Assembly (NCBI GenBank): GCA_963810095.1
Contig: CAWEMM010000009.1
Coordinates: 192,001 to 256,000 of the forward strand
Reading direction: 5' to 3'
Source of the DNA: an uncultured Chloroflexia bacterium
GTDB taxonomy: Bacteria > Chloroflexota > Anaerolineae > CG2-30-64-16
Length of the DNA: 64,000 nucleotides
Part shown: piece by piece, positions 19,304-30,335 of the stretch
How the letters are laid out: each line of letters starts with the position of its first letter
How positions within the stretch are numbered: position 1 is the first letter of the stretch
Made by a program: the position numbers and the translations under genes
The notes under the pieces: model-generated
What the model was told of the DNA's origin: nothing
The model's database searches: none
The model's input: only the letters and a program-made list of their open reading frames with translations

Positions 19304-19996
19304 TCAGGCATACGGCTCCAGGAACTTCTTCAGACTCTCGTTGCGCCGCAAGCGCTCCAGTACGTTCTGCTTGGTGCGGTAGACGTCCTGCACGGAGGCG
19401 AAGCTGGCGCCGTACTCTTCGTACACTTCGCCCGGCTTCATGAGAAGGGCATAACAGCAGTGTAGGACGATGCGCTCCTTCTCAGATCGCATTTCGCCCC
19501 CCACCGCCCGCCAGATCTCGGCCTTCTCTGCAGGTGACAGGGCTTCTTCGAGCGCGGCCGGTTCGGGCACCAGGGCGTCAGGGTCGTCAGGCTCGAGCGG
19601 GACGGTCGGTTCCGTGGCGCGCACGTAATCGGCAACGCTGCAGTGTGCGCACAACTGGAGGTAACGCAGCAGGGACCGGAGATCGGGGAAGTGTGCGAAG
19701 CGCGCCGGAGGAATCGCGATCCACAGTCGCTCAAACGCCGTGTTGGCGAACAGCTCTGCGTCCTCGCCCGTCTGAACGAACTTCGGATGGCGCCGGACCC
19801 AACCGTCCACCAGGTTCCGATAGTTCGCCATGAGCAGTTCGAAGGCGCCGGCGTCACGCTGGGCCAGCGCCCGCCGAAACAGCTCGTAGCAATAGCGGGT
19901 GTCATGGGCCAGGCGCTTGAAGAACCGCTCGGTCTCTTCGTGGCAGCGCCGCGCGACTTCGCGGAGCGCAGCGCCGCGGTGGCTGTCGGTGAGCAT
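19304..19996 (-). CDS. ECF-type sigma-70 factor
   Basis: YCYELFRRAL..AFELL..Y..LV..WV, FERLW, LRYLQLCAH (region 2); C-terminal HTH 'MKPGEV..VQDVYRTKQNVLERLRR'. Confidence 0.82.
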   Translation of the reverse strand: MLTDSHRGAALREVARRCHEETERFFKRLAHDTRYCYELFRRALAQRDAGAFELLMANYRNLVDGWVRRHPKFVQTGEDAELFANTAFERLWIAIPPARFAHFPDLRSLLRYLQLCAHCSVADYVRATEPTVPLEPDDPDALVPEPAALEEALSPAEKAEIWRAVGGEMRSEKERIVLHCCYALLMKPGEVYEEYGASFASVQDVYRTKQNVLERLRRNESLKKFLEPYA

Positions 19997-20100
19997 AGCG
20001 GTCCTTGCACCCAGGAATTGTGTGACGGGTCTTTGGTGCGAAAGTATAAGTGAGCACTGAATGTGAAGTCAATGAGACAAACAATCAGTTTTTGGACATT

Positions 20101-20661
20101 TCAGGGCGTCTCGAGTCGCAGCAGCGCCAGGGCCATCGCGGCCGCCCACGCCATGACCTTGAACTCGCCCTGCACGAGACCCTGGCGCACCTCTTCACGC
20201 GTCAGCAGAAGTGTCTCTTGTTCCTCCAGGTCGTCGCTCTCGGTCTTCCCGACGAAACGCGCGCCGCGCGCCAGGTAGAAGTGGCCGCTGCCCATCCCGC
20301 GGTTGGCATCGACGGGATAGACGCCCAGGTCGGTCCAGTCGGCCGCCTCGTAACCCGACTCTTCCCGTAGCTCACGCTTGGCGGCGCTCAGGGGGTCTTC
20401 CCCCGGTTCCATGTACCCGCCCACGACCGCGAGCGAAGGACGGTCCAGCGCATACTTGATCTGCCGGAAGCACAGCAAGCGCCCGTCCTCCGTTTCCGCC
20501 ACGATATTGACGTAGTCCGGGGTGATCACCCACGCCCAGTCGTCGATCACCTTGCCGTTCGGCCACTCAACCTGGCGGGATTCGACCGTCAGGTACTTGC
20601 CGCTTTCGAACACGGTCCGCTTGGAATGCGTTGCCGGTCGCGGGAACGTCTTCTCGTCCAT
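20101..20661 (-). CDS. NUDIX hydrolase (ADP-ribose pyrophosphatase-like)
   Basis: Nudix box GGYMEPGEDPLSAAKRELREESG. Confidence 0.9.
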   Translation of the reverse strand: MDEKTFPRPATHSKRTVFESGKYLTVESRQVEWPNGKVIDDWAWVITPDYVNIVAETEDGRLLCFRQIKYALDRPSLAVVGGYMEPGEDPLSAAKRELREESGYEAADWTDLGVYPVDANRGMGSGHFYLARGARFVGKTESDDLEEQETLLLTREEVRQGLVQGEFKVMAWAAAMALALLRLETP

Positions 20662-20662
20662 C

Positions 20663-22089
20663 TCAACCTTCCAGGAGCAAGGCTTCGGGGTCTTCAATCA
20701 GCGTTTTCAGCCGCACGAGGAATTGAACAGCCTCGCGCCCGTCGATCACCCGGTGGTCGTAGCTTAGTGCGACATACATCATGGGCCTAATACCCACCTC
20801 GCCATTCAGTGCGACAGGCCGCTGCTCGATCTTGTGCATGCCGAGGATCGCCACTTGGGGCGGGTTGAGGATGGGCGTGCTGAGCAGCGAGCCGAAGACG
20901 CCGCCGTTGGTGATCGTGAACGTGCCGCCGCGCAGGTCCTCCAACGACAGGGCGCCGTTCCGGGTCTTCTGCGCCAGCGCCTCGATAGCTTGCTCGATCT
21001 GCGCAAACGTCATCCGGTCCGCGTCGCGCACCACGGGCACCACCAGCCCTTCTTCCGCGCCGATGGCGATGCCGATATCGTAGTAATGCTTGAGCACCAG
21101 CTCGTCACCCTGCAGCTCGGCATTCACCTGGGGAAAGGCCTTGAGCGCGCCGATGCTGGCCTTGACAAAGAAGGACATGAAGCCCAGGCCCACACCGTGG
21201 TGTTCCTTGAACGATTCCTTGTGCTTCGCCCGCAGCGCCATCACCGCGCTCATGTCGAGCTCGTTGAACGTCGTCAGCATGGCGGCCGTCTGCTGTGCCT
21301 CCACAAGCCGCCGGGCGATGGTCTGCCGCCGGCGGGAGAACCGCACGCGTTCCTCCGGCCTCCCAGATGCCCCCGCCCGAACGCGGCCTGAGGCCGGGTC
21401 GAAGGTGGGGCGGACGCAGGCGCCGGCTGCGCCTCCGTGGGTGCGGCAGCTCGCGGCGCTTCGGCGGCGGGACGGGCCGCCGGTTCTGCCCGCCGGCTTG
21501 CAGCGAACGCCTCCACGTCCTCGCGCGTGATCCGGCCGGATGGCCCGGCAGGGACCTGGGAGAGGTCCACACCGAGCTCGTCGGCGACCCGTCGTGCCAG
21601 GGGGCTGGTCTTGCCTTCGTCACTCTGCGGCGCCGCGCTCCCGGTTACTGCCGGCGCCGGCGTATTCGCCCGAGCGGTTTCTCCTTCGACTGCCGCGGCT
21701 GCCTGCGCGGTGGCTCGTCCGGCCGGCACCCGGTCCCCCTCGCCGTCGCCGCGGCCGCCTTCGGCCGGCAAGGTCGCCAGGGTGGACGACTTTGCCTGAG
21801 GTGGTTCGGGTGGCGCTGCCGCCCCGCCCGCCGCTTCAGGCTTGCGGCTGCCGGCCGGTTCGATCGAGCCGAGCACTTCGCCCACGCGCACATCCTCGCC
21901 TTGCTGCCGTAATATATTGCCGAGCACGCCATCGCCCTCTGCGCTGACCTCGACATCGACCTTGTCCGTTTCGAGGCGCACGATGGCTTCGCCCGTCTTC
22001 ACCGCGTCCCCTTCGGCCTTTAGCCACTCCGCGACCGTCGCCTCCACCACAGACTCGCCCAACTCGGGAACCCGTATCTCACTCGCCAT
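20663..22089 (-). CDS. sucB: 2-oxoglutarate dehydrogenase E2 (frameshift near 21380)
   Basis: Lipoyl domain [11 protein letters not shown]3-binding [16 protein letters not shown], catalytic [18 protein letters not shown]; split across two ORFs. Confidence 0.93.
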
Positions 22090-22143
22090 CTCAGCCCTCC
22101 TCCCCCTGTGCCGCCGATAACTGTATTCCACCCAACGAAGAAC

Positions 22144-24946
22144 TCATTCGCCAAAGGCCCGCTGGATCAGCGCATTCTGGTTCACGACGTGCCACGCGGT
22201 CGACCCTTCGGAGGGACTTGACGCGCGCGGCCGGCCAATGTACCGCACGGGCGGCTCGCCGCGCCCGCACCCACCGAGCAGGTCCTGCAGCTTCGGCCGG
22301 ACAAAGTCCCACGCGCCCATGTTCTCGGGTTCTTCCTGCAGCCAGACGACCTCTTCGACGCGGCCGTAACTCTCGATCAGGGACGCCACCTCTTCCGTTG
22401 GGAACACGTACAATTGCTCGAGCCGCGCAATAGCGACGTCGGCATGTTCGTCGCGCTGCTTCGCCGCGGCCAGGTCGAAGTAAACCTTGCCGCTGCACAG
22501 GATGAGGCGTCTCACTGCCTCCCGGCGGTCCGACGCCAGCGCGTCGTCGATCACGGGCTGCCAACGCCCCTGCGCCAAGTCGGCCAGGGTGGAGGCCGCG
22601 GCCGGGTTGCGCAGCAGGCTCTTGGGCGTCAGCACGATTAGCGGCAGCGGGTCTTCGCCCAGCAGCGCGGCCTGCCGGCGTAACAGGTGGAAATACTGGC
22701 TCGCGGTGCTCGGGTAAGCCACCCGCATGTTCGTTTCAGCCGCGGCCTGCAGGAACCGCTCGACCCGTGCGCTCGAGTGATCTGGCCCCTGGCCCTCATA
22801 GCCGTGGGGCAGCAGCAGCACGAGCGACGGCGTGTGCCCCCACTTCGCGCGGGCCGACACCAGGTACTCGTCGATGAGTACCTGCGCGCCGTTGATGAAG
22901 TCGCCGTACTGCGCCTCCCAGATGACGAGGCGCGAGGGGTCATAGGTGCTGTACCCGTACTCGAATCCGACCAGGCCGGCCTCCGAGAGCGGGCTGTTGT
23001 GGATCTCGAACGCGGCCCGGGCCTGGGGCAGCGCCTGGAGGGGGATGAACTTGGCCCCGTTCGCCACGTCGTGCCACACGGCGTGCCGGTGGCTGAACGT
23101 GCCCCGCTCGACGTCCTCGCCGGTGAAGCGGACTGGCGTTCCGTCGCACAGAATGGATGCCAACGCCAGCGACTCCGCCGTCGACCAGTCTACGCCGATC
23201 TCCGCCTCGGCTGCGGCGGCAAAGGCTTTCCTGCGCCGGTCGAGCACGCGTGACAGCTTCGGATTGACGCTGAAGCCTTCCGGCGCGGACAGCAGCGCAT
23301 CATTCAGGGCCCGCAGCTCGGCTGCGACGACGGCCGTCGGCGCGCGTTTGGCGGCACCCCTTGGCGGCGCGGCGGGAGGCTCCTCGTCCACGTCACGCTC
23401 GGGCTGCAGCGCATTCGCCACCTCCTGCAGCTCGGCCAGGCGTGCCTGCAGCATCTCTTCGGCCCGCCCGGCCGGCAGATCGCCCCGCCGCGCCAACTCG
23501 CTGGCCCACAGGGTGCGCACGCTTGGATGCCCGTCGATGGCCTGGTACATAAGCGGTTGCGTAAAGCTGGGGTCGTCGCCCTCGTTGTGCCCGTAGCGGC
23601 GGTATCCCACCAGGTCGATGAGGAAATCGCGCTCGAACTCGTGCGCGTAGGCGTAGGCGATGCGCGCGGCTTCGATGCAAGCCTCGGGATCGTCGGCGTT
23701 TACGTGGATGACGGGGATCTTGAAGCCTTTGGCCAGGTCGCTCACGTACAGGGTGCTGCACACCTCAGGGCGCAGCGCGGTGAAGCCCACCTGGTTATTC
23801 GCGATGATGTGGACGGTGCCCCCGGTCCGGAACCCCTCCGTGTTTTGCAGGTTGAGCGTCTCGGCGACGATGCCCTGGCCGGGGAACGCAGCGTCGCCGT
23901 GGATCAGGATGGGCAGCACGAGCCGGTCGTCAAGCCGAGGCGGGCCGGGCTGGTCCACTTTGCTCATGGCCGCCCGGGCCATGCCCTCGACGATCGGGTT
24001 GACGAACTCCAGGTGCGAGGGATTGGCGACCATCGATACCTCGACATTGACGGCCTCGCCCCCTCGCAGCGCGCGGCGCGCACCCTTGTGGTACTTCACG
24101 TCGCCGGTCCAGCCCAAGTCGTCCCGGATCATCCAGTGCTGGCCCTCCAGCGGGTCCTTGAACTCCGCCAGGATCTGCACATACGGCTTGTTGAGCACGT
24201 GGGCCAACACGTTCAGCCGCCCGCGGTGCGCCATACCCAGAAAGATCGACGGCACGCCGGCCTCGGCGGCCTCGCCAATGATCTCGTCGAGGATCGGAAT
24301 CATCGTATCCAGGCCCTCGACGGAGAAACGCGTCTTGCCGGGATAGAATTTCTGAAGGAACTGCTCGAACGCCTCGACCTGGGTCAGCCGGTCGAGCAGT
24401 GCCAGGGGATCGATGGGGTCTTGCGGGGGACGGAAACGGCCCGACTCGACCGCATCGCGCAGCCAGGCGCGCGCCTCAGGATTGCGGAGATGCGCAAAGT
24501 CGAAGCCGAGGTGCGACTGGTAGACGCGGCGCAATCGCTCGATCGCCTCCAGCCCGTTCGCCGCCTCGTCGCCAAGCGGCCCGCCGACCAGGTGCGGGGG
24601 CAACGCCTCGAGGTCAGCCTCGGTAACGGCGTGGCTTGCCAGGTCGAGGCTTGGGTCGCCGGGAAGCGGGGAGCCCAGCGGGTCGATCTGCGCGGCCAGG
24701 TGGCCGTAGTCACGGATGGCGTTGGCGAGATTGACCAGGCCCATCACGGTTTCGTTGCAGGGGACGGCGATCGGGCCGGCAGCGTCCCGCTGCCTGCCCT
24801 GCGTCGACCCGTGGCGCAGGCGGGGCGAGACGGTCAAAGGCCTCTCGGGTGGCCGCGTCGACCGAATTCGGGTCGCGTACGTAACGCTCGTACAGCTCTT
24901 CGACATAAGCCGCGTTCGGGCCGGCAAACTCAGTCCAGATATTCAT
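22144..24946 (-). CDS. sucA: 2-oxoglutarate dehydrogenase E1 (frameshift near 24800)
   Basis: FAGPNAAYVEELY, GMAHRGRLN, GDVKYH, NPSHLE, HGDAAFPGQG, WEAQYGDF and LPHGYEGQGPDHSS. Confidence 0.95.
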
Positions 24947-25085
24947 CGCTTCTCTCGGCACTTCAATCAAAACACGAGAGCAGAATATCCGGTTTATGGT
25001 AGAGGTTCTGTAAGGGGATGATCAGTAGGGGCGAAACGGCCCGCCCGGCTCACTCCTGGCGGGCCCTGGCATTGTGGAGAGCGGC

Positions 25086-25884
25086 TCAATACCCCCGCAG
25101 ATCCGTACTCGAGCGGCGAGGCAGGCCTTCCTTCGGCGTTCGCTTCAGCACCACGTACTCGATGCCGTGTTCGGCACAGAAGGCGCGCTTCTCAGGCTTG
25201 TCGCCATCTTCGTTCACCGCGTACATGTGCGGCCGGATCAGCGCGATTTCGGGTTCGGCATCCATCCACCCCATGCCCGAGGTGACGAGTGAGTGCTTTA
25301 CATAACGGCACGAGCCGACCACGTAACGGCGCTCGTCCTCGGGGAAGAGGGGATGGCCCTCGCCCTTGAGCAGGCGGACGTTGGCGTCGTGCCCCACCAC
25401 CACGTATAGGTCGCCAAGCTGCGAGCATTCCTCGAAGAACCGCACGTGCCCCGAGTGGAACCAGTCGTAGCATCCGGTGACGACGACCCGTTTCCGGTCC
25501 GGGATCCATGCGCGCAGGATCGAACTGGGCGGCAGGGAAGCCGGCCAGCTCCTCCGGCTCGATGACTTCCAGCCCCAGGCCGTGGCGCTGGCAGAACGCG
25601 CGCTGCTCGGCGGTGTCTTCGCCCGCGCGCACCACCCACTGCGCCGCAGTTGCTATGGCCCCGGGGTCGACCGGCCAGGTCAGCACCTGGTCGACGAACC
25701 GCACCGCCTCCAGCACGTAACGCCGTTCGTCGAGCGGGAACTTGCAGCTGACGTTGGCCTGCTGCACCAACTCGTCGGGCCAGAGCGCCACGCTGAGAGG
25801 GCCGCGCTTTGCCGCTGCTTCCAGAAAGCGGATGTGGCCCGAACGCAAGTCGTCAAAAGCGCCCGAAACGAAGACTTCGCTCAA
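25086..25884 (-). CDS. Tandem-domain cytidylyl/adenylyltransferase-like nucleotidyltransferase (frameshift near 25490)
   Basis: TTG start overlapping the upstream TGA. Domain 1 VSGAFDDLRSGHIRFL; domain 2 VTGCYDWFHSGHVRFF..GHDANV..KG..P..PEDERRY..RSSTDLR (RfaE-II/TagD-like HxGH fold). Confidence 0.8.
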
Positions 25885-26696
25885 CTTTCCCTCCGCTCTT
25901 CCGTCGTCCGCTCTGCCGCGGCCCGCACCCGCACCTGGAAGCCGCCCGGCACCGGGTCCTCCGACACGACATACAGGTACCCCCCGCCGCAGCCCGAGTA
26001 CATGGCGCCCGCGTACGCGCGCCTGGTAGTGCGCCAGCAGCGCCATCAGGTCGACGGCGATGGTCGGATGGCGTACGACGTGTGGGAGCAGGGTTTGCCA
26101 GCAGCGCATCGTTTCGTTCATCGACTCGGCCAGCCCGCGGCGTCACGGGCTACGATTGCCGCGTAACAATCCTTGCCCGACTGCCCGAGCCGCCGCACCC
26201 ACGCCGCGTCGAGGTTTTGTATACCCAGGGGGCTGTACCCCGGCAGACGTTGGACGACCGGGACCATCCAGATCACCTGCTCGAGCCACCGCGCCACCTT
26301 GGGCTCGTTGCACGATTCGACGTGACACGGAAACCACCCGCCCTCGACCTCACTGTCGTAGTCCAGCCGGTTGACGCCGGGGTAGATGAGCCCTGCCATG
26401 TCCTGCGAGCCGCTGGGCTCTGGCTTGCCAGCGTTCTCGGCCTGGTAAAGCTCGCGGACCAAGTCTGCCGGGTCGCGGCCGGGAAGCTGGGGACCCCACA
26501 GCTGAGCGGCCACGTTGCGCGTGCTCGTCCCCATGCCGCAGCGGTCCATGAAGCGCACGGTGGGCTCGATGTTGACGACGACCATCGAGCCCGGCGCGTC
26601 AGGATTCAGCCGCGAGACGAAAGGTTGGTCGATCCAGCCCCCCGCAAAAGCCATGCGATAGGGGATCTTGCCGATGATATCGGCGATATCGGGCAT
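25881..26696 (-). CDS. GHMP-kinase-like sugar kinase (frameshifts near 26130 and 26005)
   Basis: IPYRMAFAGGWIDQP, RCGMGTST (P-loop-like), SGSQDMAG and rejoined C-terminal GAMYSGCGGGYL. Confidence 0.75.
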
Positions 26697-26708
26697 AGCT
26701 CCCTCATG

Positions 26709-26741
26709 AGAAACCTGGTTTCTGTCAGAAACCAGGTTTCT
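26709..26741. repeat. REP doublet family B (AGAAACCWGGTTTCT x2)
   Basis: Two 15-bp palindromes 3 nt apart; copies at 42294 and inside the PKS at 57686. Confidence 0.85.
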
Positions 26742-26759
26742 TAGCCTCAATGGTTGTGC

Positions 26760-27809
26760 CTAAATGTGATCGGTGACGACCTGCTTGCCGGCCTTCCGGT
26801 CTTCGTACTGGCTCTCGATCCACTTGAAGGTCTTTGCCATGCCTTCGCGCAGCGGCGTGCTCGGCTCCCAGCCCAGCACCTGCTTGATGAAGGTATTATC
26901 GCTGTTCCGGCCGGCCACGCCCTTCGGCGCGGTCGGATCGTAAGTGCGGTTCAGCTTGGCCCCCGCGATGTCCTCGACGATGCTCACCAATTCGTTGATC
27001 GACACAAGTTCGCTCGACCCGAGATTGATGGGCGTCGCGAGCAGTTCGTCGCAGTGCGTGATCATGTCAATGCCATGGACGCAGTCGTCGATGTACATGA
27101 AGGAGCGGGTCTGGGTGCCGTCGCCCCAAATCTCGATCTCGTACTTGCCCGTGTCCTGGGCTTCAACCACCTTGCGGCACATCGCCGCCGGCGCCTTCTC
27201 GCGGCCGCCGTACCACGTCCCGAGCGGTCCGTAGACGTTGTGGAACCGGGCAATGAAGGTCTTCATGCCGCGCTCGGCGGTGTATTCCTGGCAGACCATC
27301 TCGGAGAACAGCTTCTCCCAGCCGTAACCGCGCTCGGCCATTGCGGGATAGGCGTCCGATTCCTTGAGCGCGCGCACGTTCGGGTCTTTCTGAAGCAGCG
27401 TATTGTAAGCGCATGCGGACGAGGAATAGAAGAAACGGCGCACGCCGGCCCGATACGCGGCCTCGGTCATGTGCATGCCAATCAGGACGCTGCGCATACA
27501 CTCGATGCGGAAACGCTCGATGAACCCCATGCCGCCCATGTCGGCGGCGAGGTTGTAAACCTCGGTCGCGCCCTCGCAGGCGCGTACGGCGTTTTCCCAT
27601 TCGCTCACGTCCAGGTTGAGCGACTCGACCCCCGGCACACGCTGATACCACTGGTACAGCGGCTTCTTGTCGACCGCCCGGATGCGGGTGTAGCCGAGGT
27701 CATGGAAGTAGCGGGCGAGCGCGCCGCCGATGAAGCCACCGGCGCCGGTGATGACGATCAACTCGTCCGGGGCAAGGTCACGTTGGATGTTCGGATAGGA
27801 CTGAGCCAT
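26760..27809 (-). CDS. GDP-mannose 3,5-epimerase-like extended SDR
   Basis: ITGAGGFIG, NLAADMGGMGFI, YSSSAC, YGWEK, RFHNVYGP.GTW.GGREKAPAA.CRK, WGDG.QTRSF and GRNSDN, all characteristic of plant GME including the catalytic Cys, Tyr and Lys. Confidence 0.9.
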   Translation of the reverse strand: MAQSYPNIQRDLAPDELIVITGAGGFIGGALARYFHDLGYTRIRAVDKKPLYQWYQRVPGVESLNLDVSEWENAVRACEGATEVYNLAADMGGMGFIERFRIECMRSVLIGMHMTEAAYRAGVRRFFYSSSACAYNTLLQKDPNVRALKESDAYPAMAERGYGWEKLFSEMVCQEYTAERGMKTFIARFHNVYGPLGTWYGGREKAPAAMCRKVVEAQDTGKYEIEIWGDGTQTRSFMYIDDCVHGIDMITHCDELLATPINLGSSELVSINELVSIVEDIAGAKLNRTYDPTAPKGVAGRNSDNTFIKQVLGWEPSTPLREGMAKTFKWIESQYEDRKAGKQVVTDHI

Positions 27810-27852
27810 TAGATTCTCCCTTGAGTGGTTCTGATAACGCAAGTTAGTATTC

Positions 27853-27923
27853 ACCACAAAGGCACCACGGCACCACGTTCACAAAGTTCTTCCTGTGCCT
27901 TCGTGTCTTCGTGTCTTTGTGGT
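27853..27923. repeat. Inverted repeat with 8-bp internal periodicity (family C)
   Basis: ACCACAAAGGCACCACGGCAC ... GTGCCTTCGTGTCTTCGTGTCTTTGTGGT. Confidence 0.75.
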
Positions 27924-27927
27924 TCGT

Positions 27928-28941
27928 TCAAGCTCCCCTGCAAACAGGCCCGGTGGAGCGGCGGACGACGAGCTCCGTCGGCAAGACGATTTCGGTTGGC
28001 TCCGCCGGCCCGCCCTTTTCCAGCCGCTGCAGCAACAGCTCGGCCCCGCACCGGCCCATCTCGTAGGCAGGTTGGCTGGCGACGGTCAGGAACGGATCGA
28101 GAATCAGCCCATCGGGCAGGTCGTCGAACCCGGCAAGCGAAATGTCGTCTGGCACGCGCAAGCCCGCTTCGCGCAGCGCAGCGAACGCGCCGATCGTGAT
28201 GAAGTTGTTGGTCGCGAAGAGTGCCGTCGGCCGGGGCGTGAGCGCGAGCGCCTGCTGCGCCATCGCCTTCCCGCTGAGGGTCTCGGGCTTGCCATAAAGC
28301 ACCCGGGCCGCGTCAAAGGCCAGCCCGGCATCCAGCATGGCGCGCCGCGCGCCGGCGATGCGATCGACCGCCACTGAGGCGTCTGGCGCTGCGCTGAGAA
28401 CGGCGATGTCGCGGTGTCCCAACTCGACGAGGTGGCGCACCATGGCATACGCCCCGCCTTCAGAATCACAGCGGACGGTGTCGACCGGCGCGCCGGCAAT
28501 GCGGCGATCCAGGATCACCACTCCGACGCCGCGCCGGCGGGCCAGGTCGGCCGCCTGAGACGACGACGCTGCGGGCACCAGCAGCAGGCCGTCCACCTGT
28601 TTCTGCAGCAGCACCCGAACGTGGGCCGCCTCTTCCTCTTCCGACTCGTCGGTGTTGCAGAACATCACCGAGAATCCCTGGCTGCTCGCGGCGTCCTCGA
28701 CGCCACGCGCCATCGTCGTGAAGAATGGGTTGCCGATGTCTGTGAGCACGAGTGCCAGGGTGTGTGTCCGCTTGACGTGCAGGCTGCGTGCGAGTGCGTT
28801 TGGCACGTAGCCGAGCTCGACGACCGTTGCCATCACGCGGTCGCGCACCTCGGGGCTGGCGTACCCAGAGTTGTTGATGACGCGCGAGACGGTCATGGTC
28901 GAGACGCCGGCCTTGCGGGCCACGTCGGAGATGGTGCTCAT
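27928..28941 (-). CDS. LacI family transcriptional regulator
   Basis: TISDVARKAGVSTMTVSRVIN, YVPNALARSL, NPFF, VPDDISLAGFDD and LVVRRS. Confidence 0.96.
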   Translation of the reverse strand: MSTISDVARKAGVSTMTVSRVINNSGYASPEVRDRVMATVVELGYVPNALARSLHVKRTHTLALVLTDIGNPFFTTMARGVEDAASSQGFSVMFCNTDESEEEEAAHVRVLLQKQVDGLLLVPAASSSQAADLARRRGVGVVILDRRIAGAPVDTVRCDSEGGAYAMVRHLVELGHRDIAVLSAAPDASVAVDRIAGARRAMLDAGLAFDAARVLYGKPETLSGKAMAQQALALTPRPTALFATNNFITIGAFAALREAGLRVPDDISLAGFDDLPDGLILDPFLTVASQPAYEMGRCGAELLLQRLEKGGPAEPTEIVLPTELVVRRSTGPVCRGA

Positions 28942-28949
28942 TGTCTTGC

Positions 28950-29002
28950 TGTTACGGATAACATGATATGGATAACATACCATGTCTTCCGTCCTGTGTC
29001 AA
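28950..29002 (-). promoter_or_regulatory. Sigma-70 promoter with tandem LacI-type operators
   Basis: Minus strand TTGACA-17 nt-TATGTT with TG extension. Palindrome TGTTACGGATAACA at 28950-28963 and degenerate TGATATGGATAACA at 28964-28977 overlapping the -10 and start region. Confidence 0.8.
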
Positions 29003-29084
29003 GAGTGGGGTGAGGTTAAGGAGCGTTTCTCCATGAGGTCCACCGCGCCCTTCCGGCACGCTGTCCGAAAGCGGAATAGGCGCG

Positions 29085-30218
29085 TCAGACCGAGTCGAGA
29101 AGGGCCCAGGCTTCGCGGGCCATGACCGCCTCGAACGGGTCAGGCATGGGAGCATCCGCGCCCTGGCTGACCGCGCTCGCGCCACCTCGGGCAATTTCGA
29201 GGTTGCTCATGACCAGGCGGAACAGGCCGATCCGAAGGGCTGCACCGGCCGCGAAGCCGAAGCGCACCTGCTGGGCATCGACACGGCAGCCACTATCGCG
29301 GAGGCCGTCCACGTAGGATTGGAAGAGGCGGTCGGCTACTTGTTCCGGAGGCGAGGCAGTGAGGCTGCTCTGGGCGCCGAGGGTGAGTTGGCCCAGGTCG
29401 CTGCCGAGCGGTTCGAGGCCCACGAGCGCCCAGTCGAGGGCAACTGTCTCTTCTTCTCCGCCCGGCCCCAGGCGCGATACGAGGTTGGTGGGGTAGGTGT
29501 CACCATGACTGAGGGCCAGTGGCAATGTGTCGAGCCGGGCGAGGAAGCGATCGCGGGCGGCAAGCATCCGACGAAACGGATCGGCCTCGCCCCCAGGATA
29601 CCGGGCCGCGACCAGCGGGTGATCCCAGGGGATGTCCTGCAACTCGGGCGTCGCCAGCCACTGCCGGTGCCGCTCGCGGCTCAACCAGGGATAGGCCGGC
29701 AATCCATCCCCAGACGAATACAGGCCGTTGAGCCGGCCCAGATGCCGGGCGGCCAGGGCGTACCGATCGAGGGACCAGCCGGTGCTCTGTGCGGAGCCAA
29801 GGTCTTCCAGCCATAGCGCTGCCATGTCGCCCGGCAAGTCAACGGCCTCGTAGCAACTGGGGGCAGCGAGCCCCGGTGGAAGAGAATCAAGGAGGCCCAC
29901 CCGGTAGGCCAGCACCTCGCGGCGCCAATAGTTCCAGTGCCCCTGGTTGTCCCCCTCGCCCATGTTCGTCCAGCCGGAATTGGCCGGGGACTGGATCAGC
30001 TTCAAGATCACCGACCACGGCAAGTCGCGGGCGCCGTCATGTGCGGTGCCTTCAATGCGGTAGACGCCAAGGCTGACCGGGTTCCCAAAGCCTCCGCCGA
30101 GCTGGCACACATGCCAGTCGGTGACTTGCAGGTTAGCGAGGTGCAGCGACTTCCTGACGACCGGCTTGAGAGTGGACTCGTCCAGGGCCGATAAGATGGG
30201 GGGAAGGGAGTTCGTCAT
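29085..30218 (-). CDS. APH/choline-kinase-like phosphotransferase
   Basis: WSVILKLI, YWRREVLAY, LWLEDL, SHGDTYPTNL and ALDWA; start MTNSL after AGGAG. Confidence 0.82.
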   Translation of the reverse strand: MTNSLPPILSALDESTLKPVVRKSLHLANLQVTDWHVCQLGGGFGNPVSLGVYRIEGTAHDGARDLPWSVILKLIQSPANSGWTNMGEGDNQGHWNYWRREVLAYRVGLLDSLPPGLAAPSCYEAVDLPGDMAALWLEDLGSAQSTGWSLDRYALAARHLGRLNGLYSSGDGLPAYPWLSRERHRQWLATPELQDIPWDHPLVAARYPGGEADPFRRMLAARDRFLARLDTLPLALSHGDTYPTNLVSRLGPGGEEETVALDWALVGLEPLGSDLGQLTLGAQSSLTASPPEQVADRLFQSYVDGLRDSGCRVDAQQVRFGFAAGAALRIGLFRLVMSNLEIARGGASAVSQGADAPMPDPFEAVMAREAWALLDSV

Positions 30219-30335
30219 GCTCAATCTTTCTCCTGCGCCCTCGCTGCCAAGGTAGGGCAGCGAGTTCGGAACGGTAACACGAGTGATATACAAACGCAAG
30301 AGCAAACCACGAGGGCGCGGTGCGGGAGGTTTTGG

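Noticed and set aside
30268-30281. Additional LacI operator upstream of the phosphotransferase (TGTTACCGTTCC on minus)
   Set aside because: Only a half-site match; insufficient to place the gene in the regulon.
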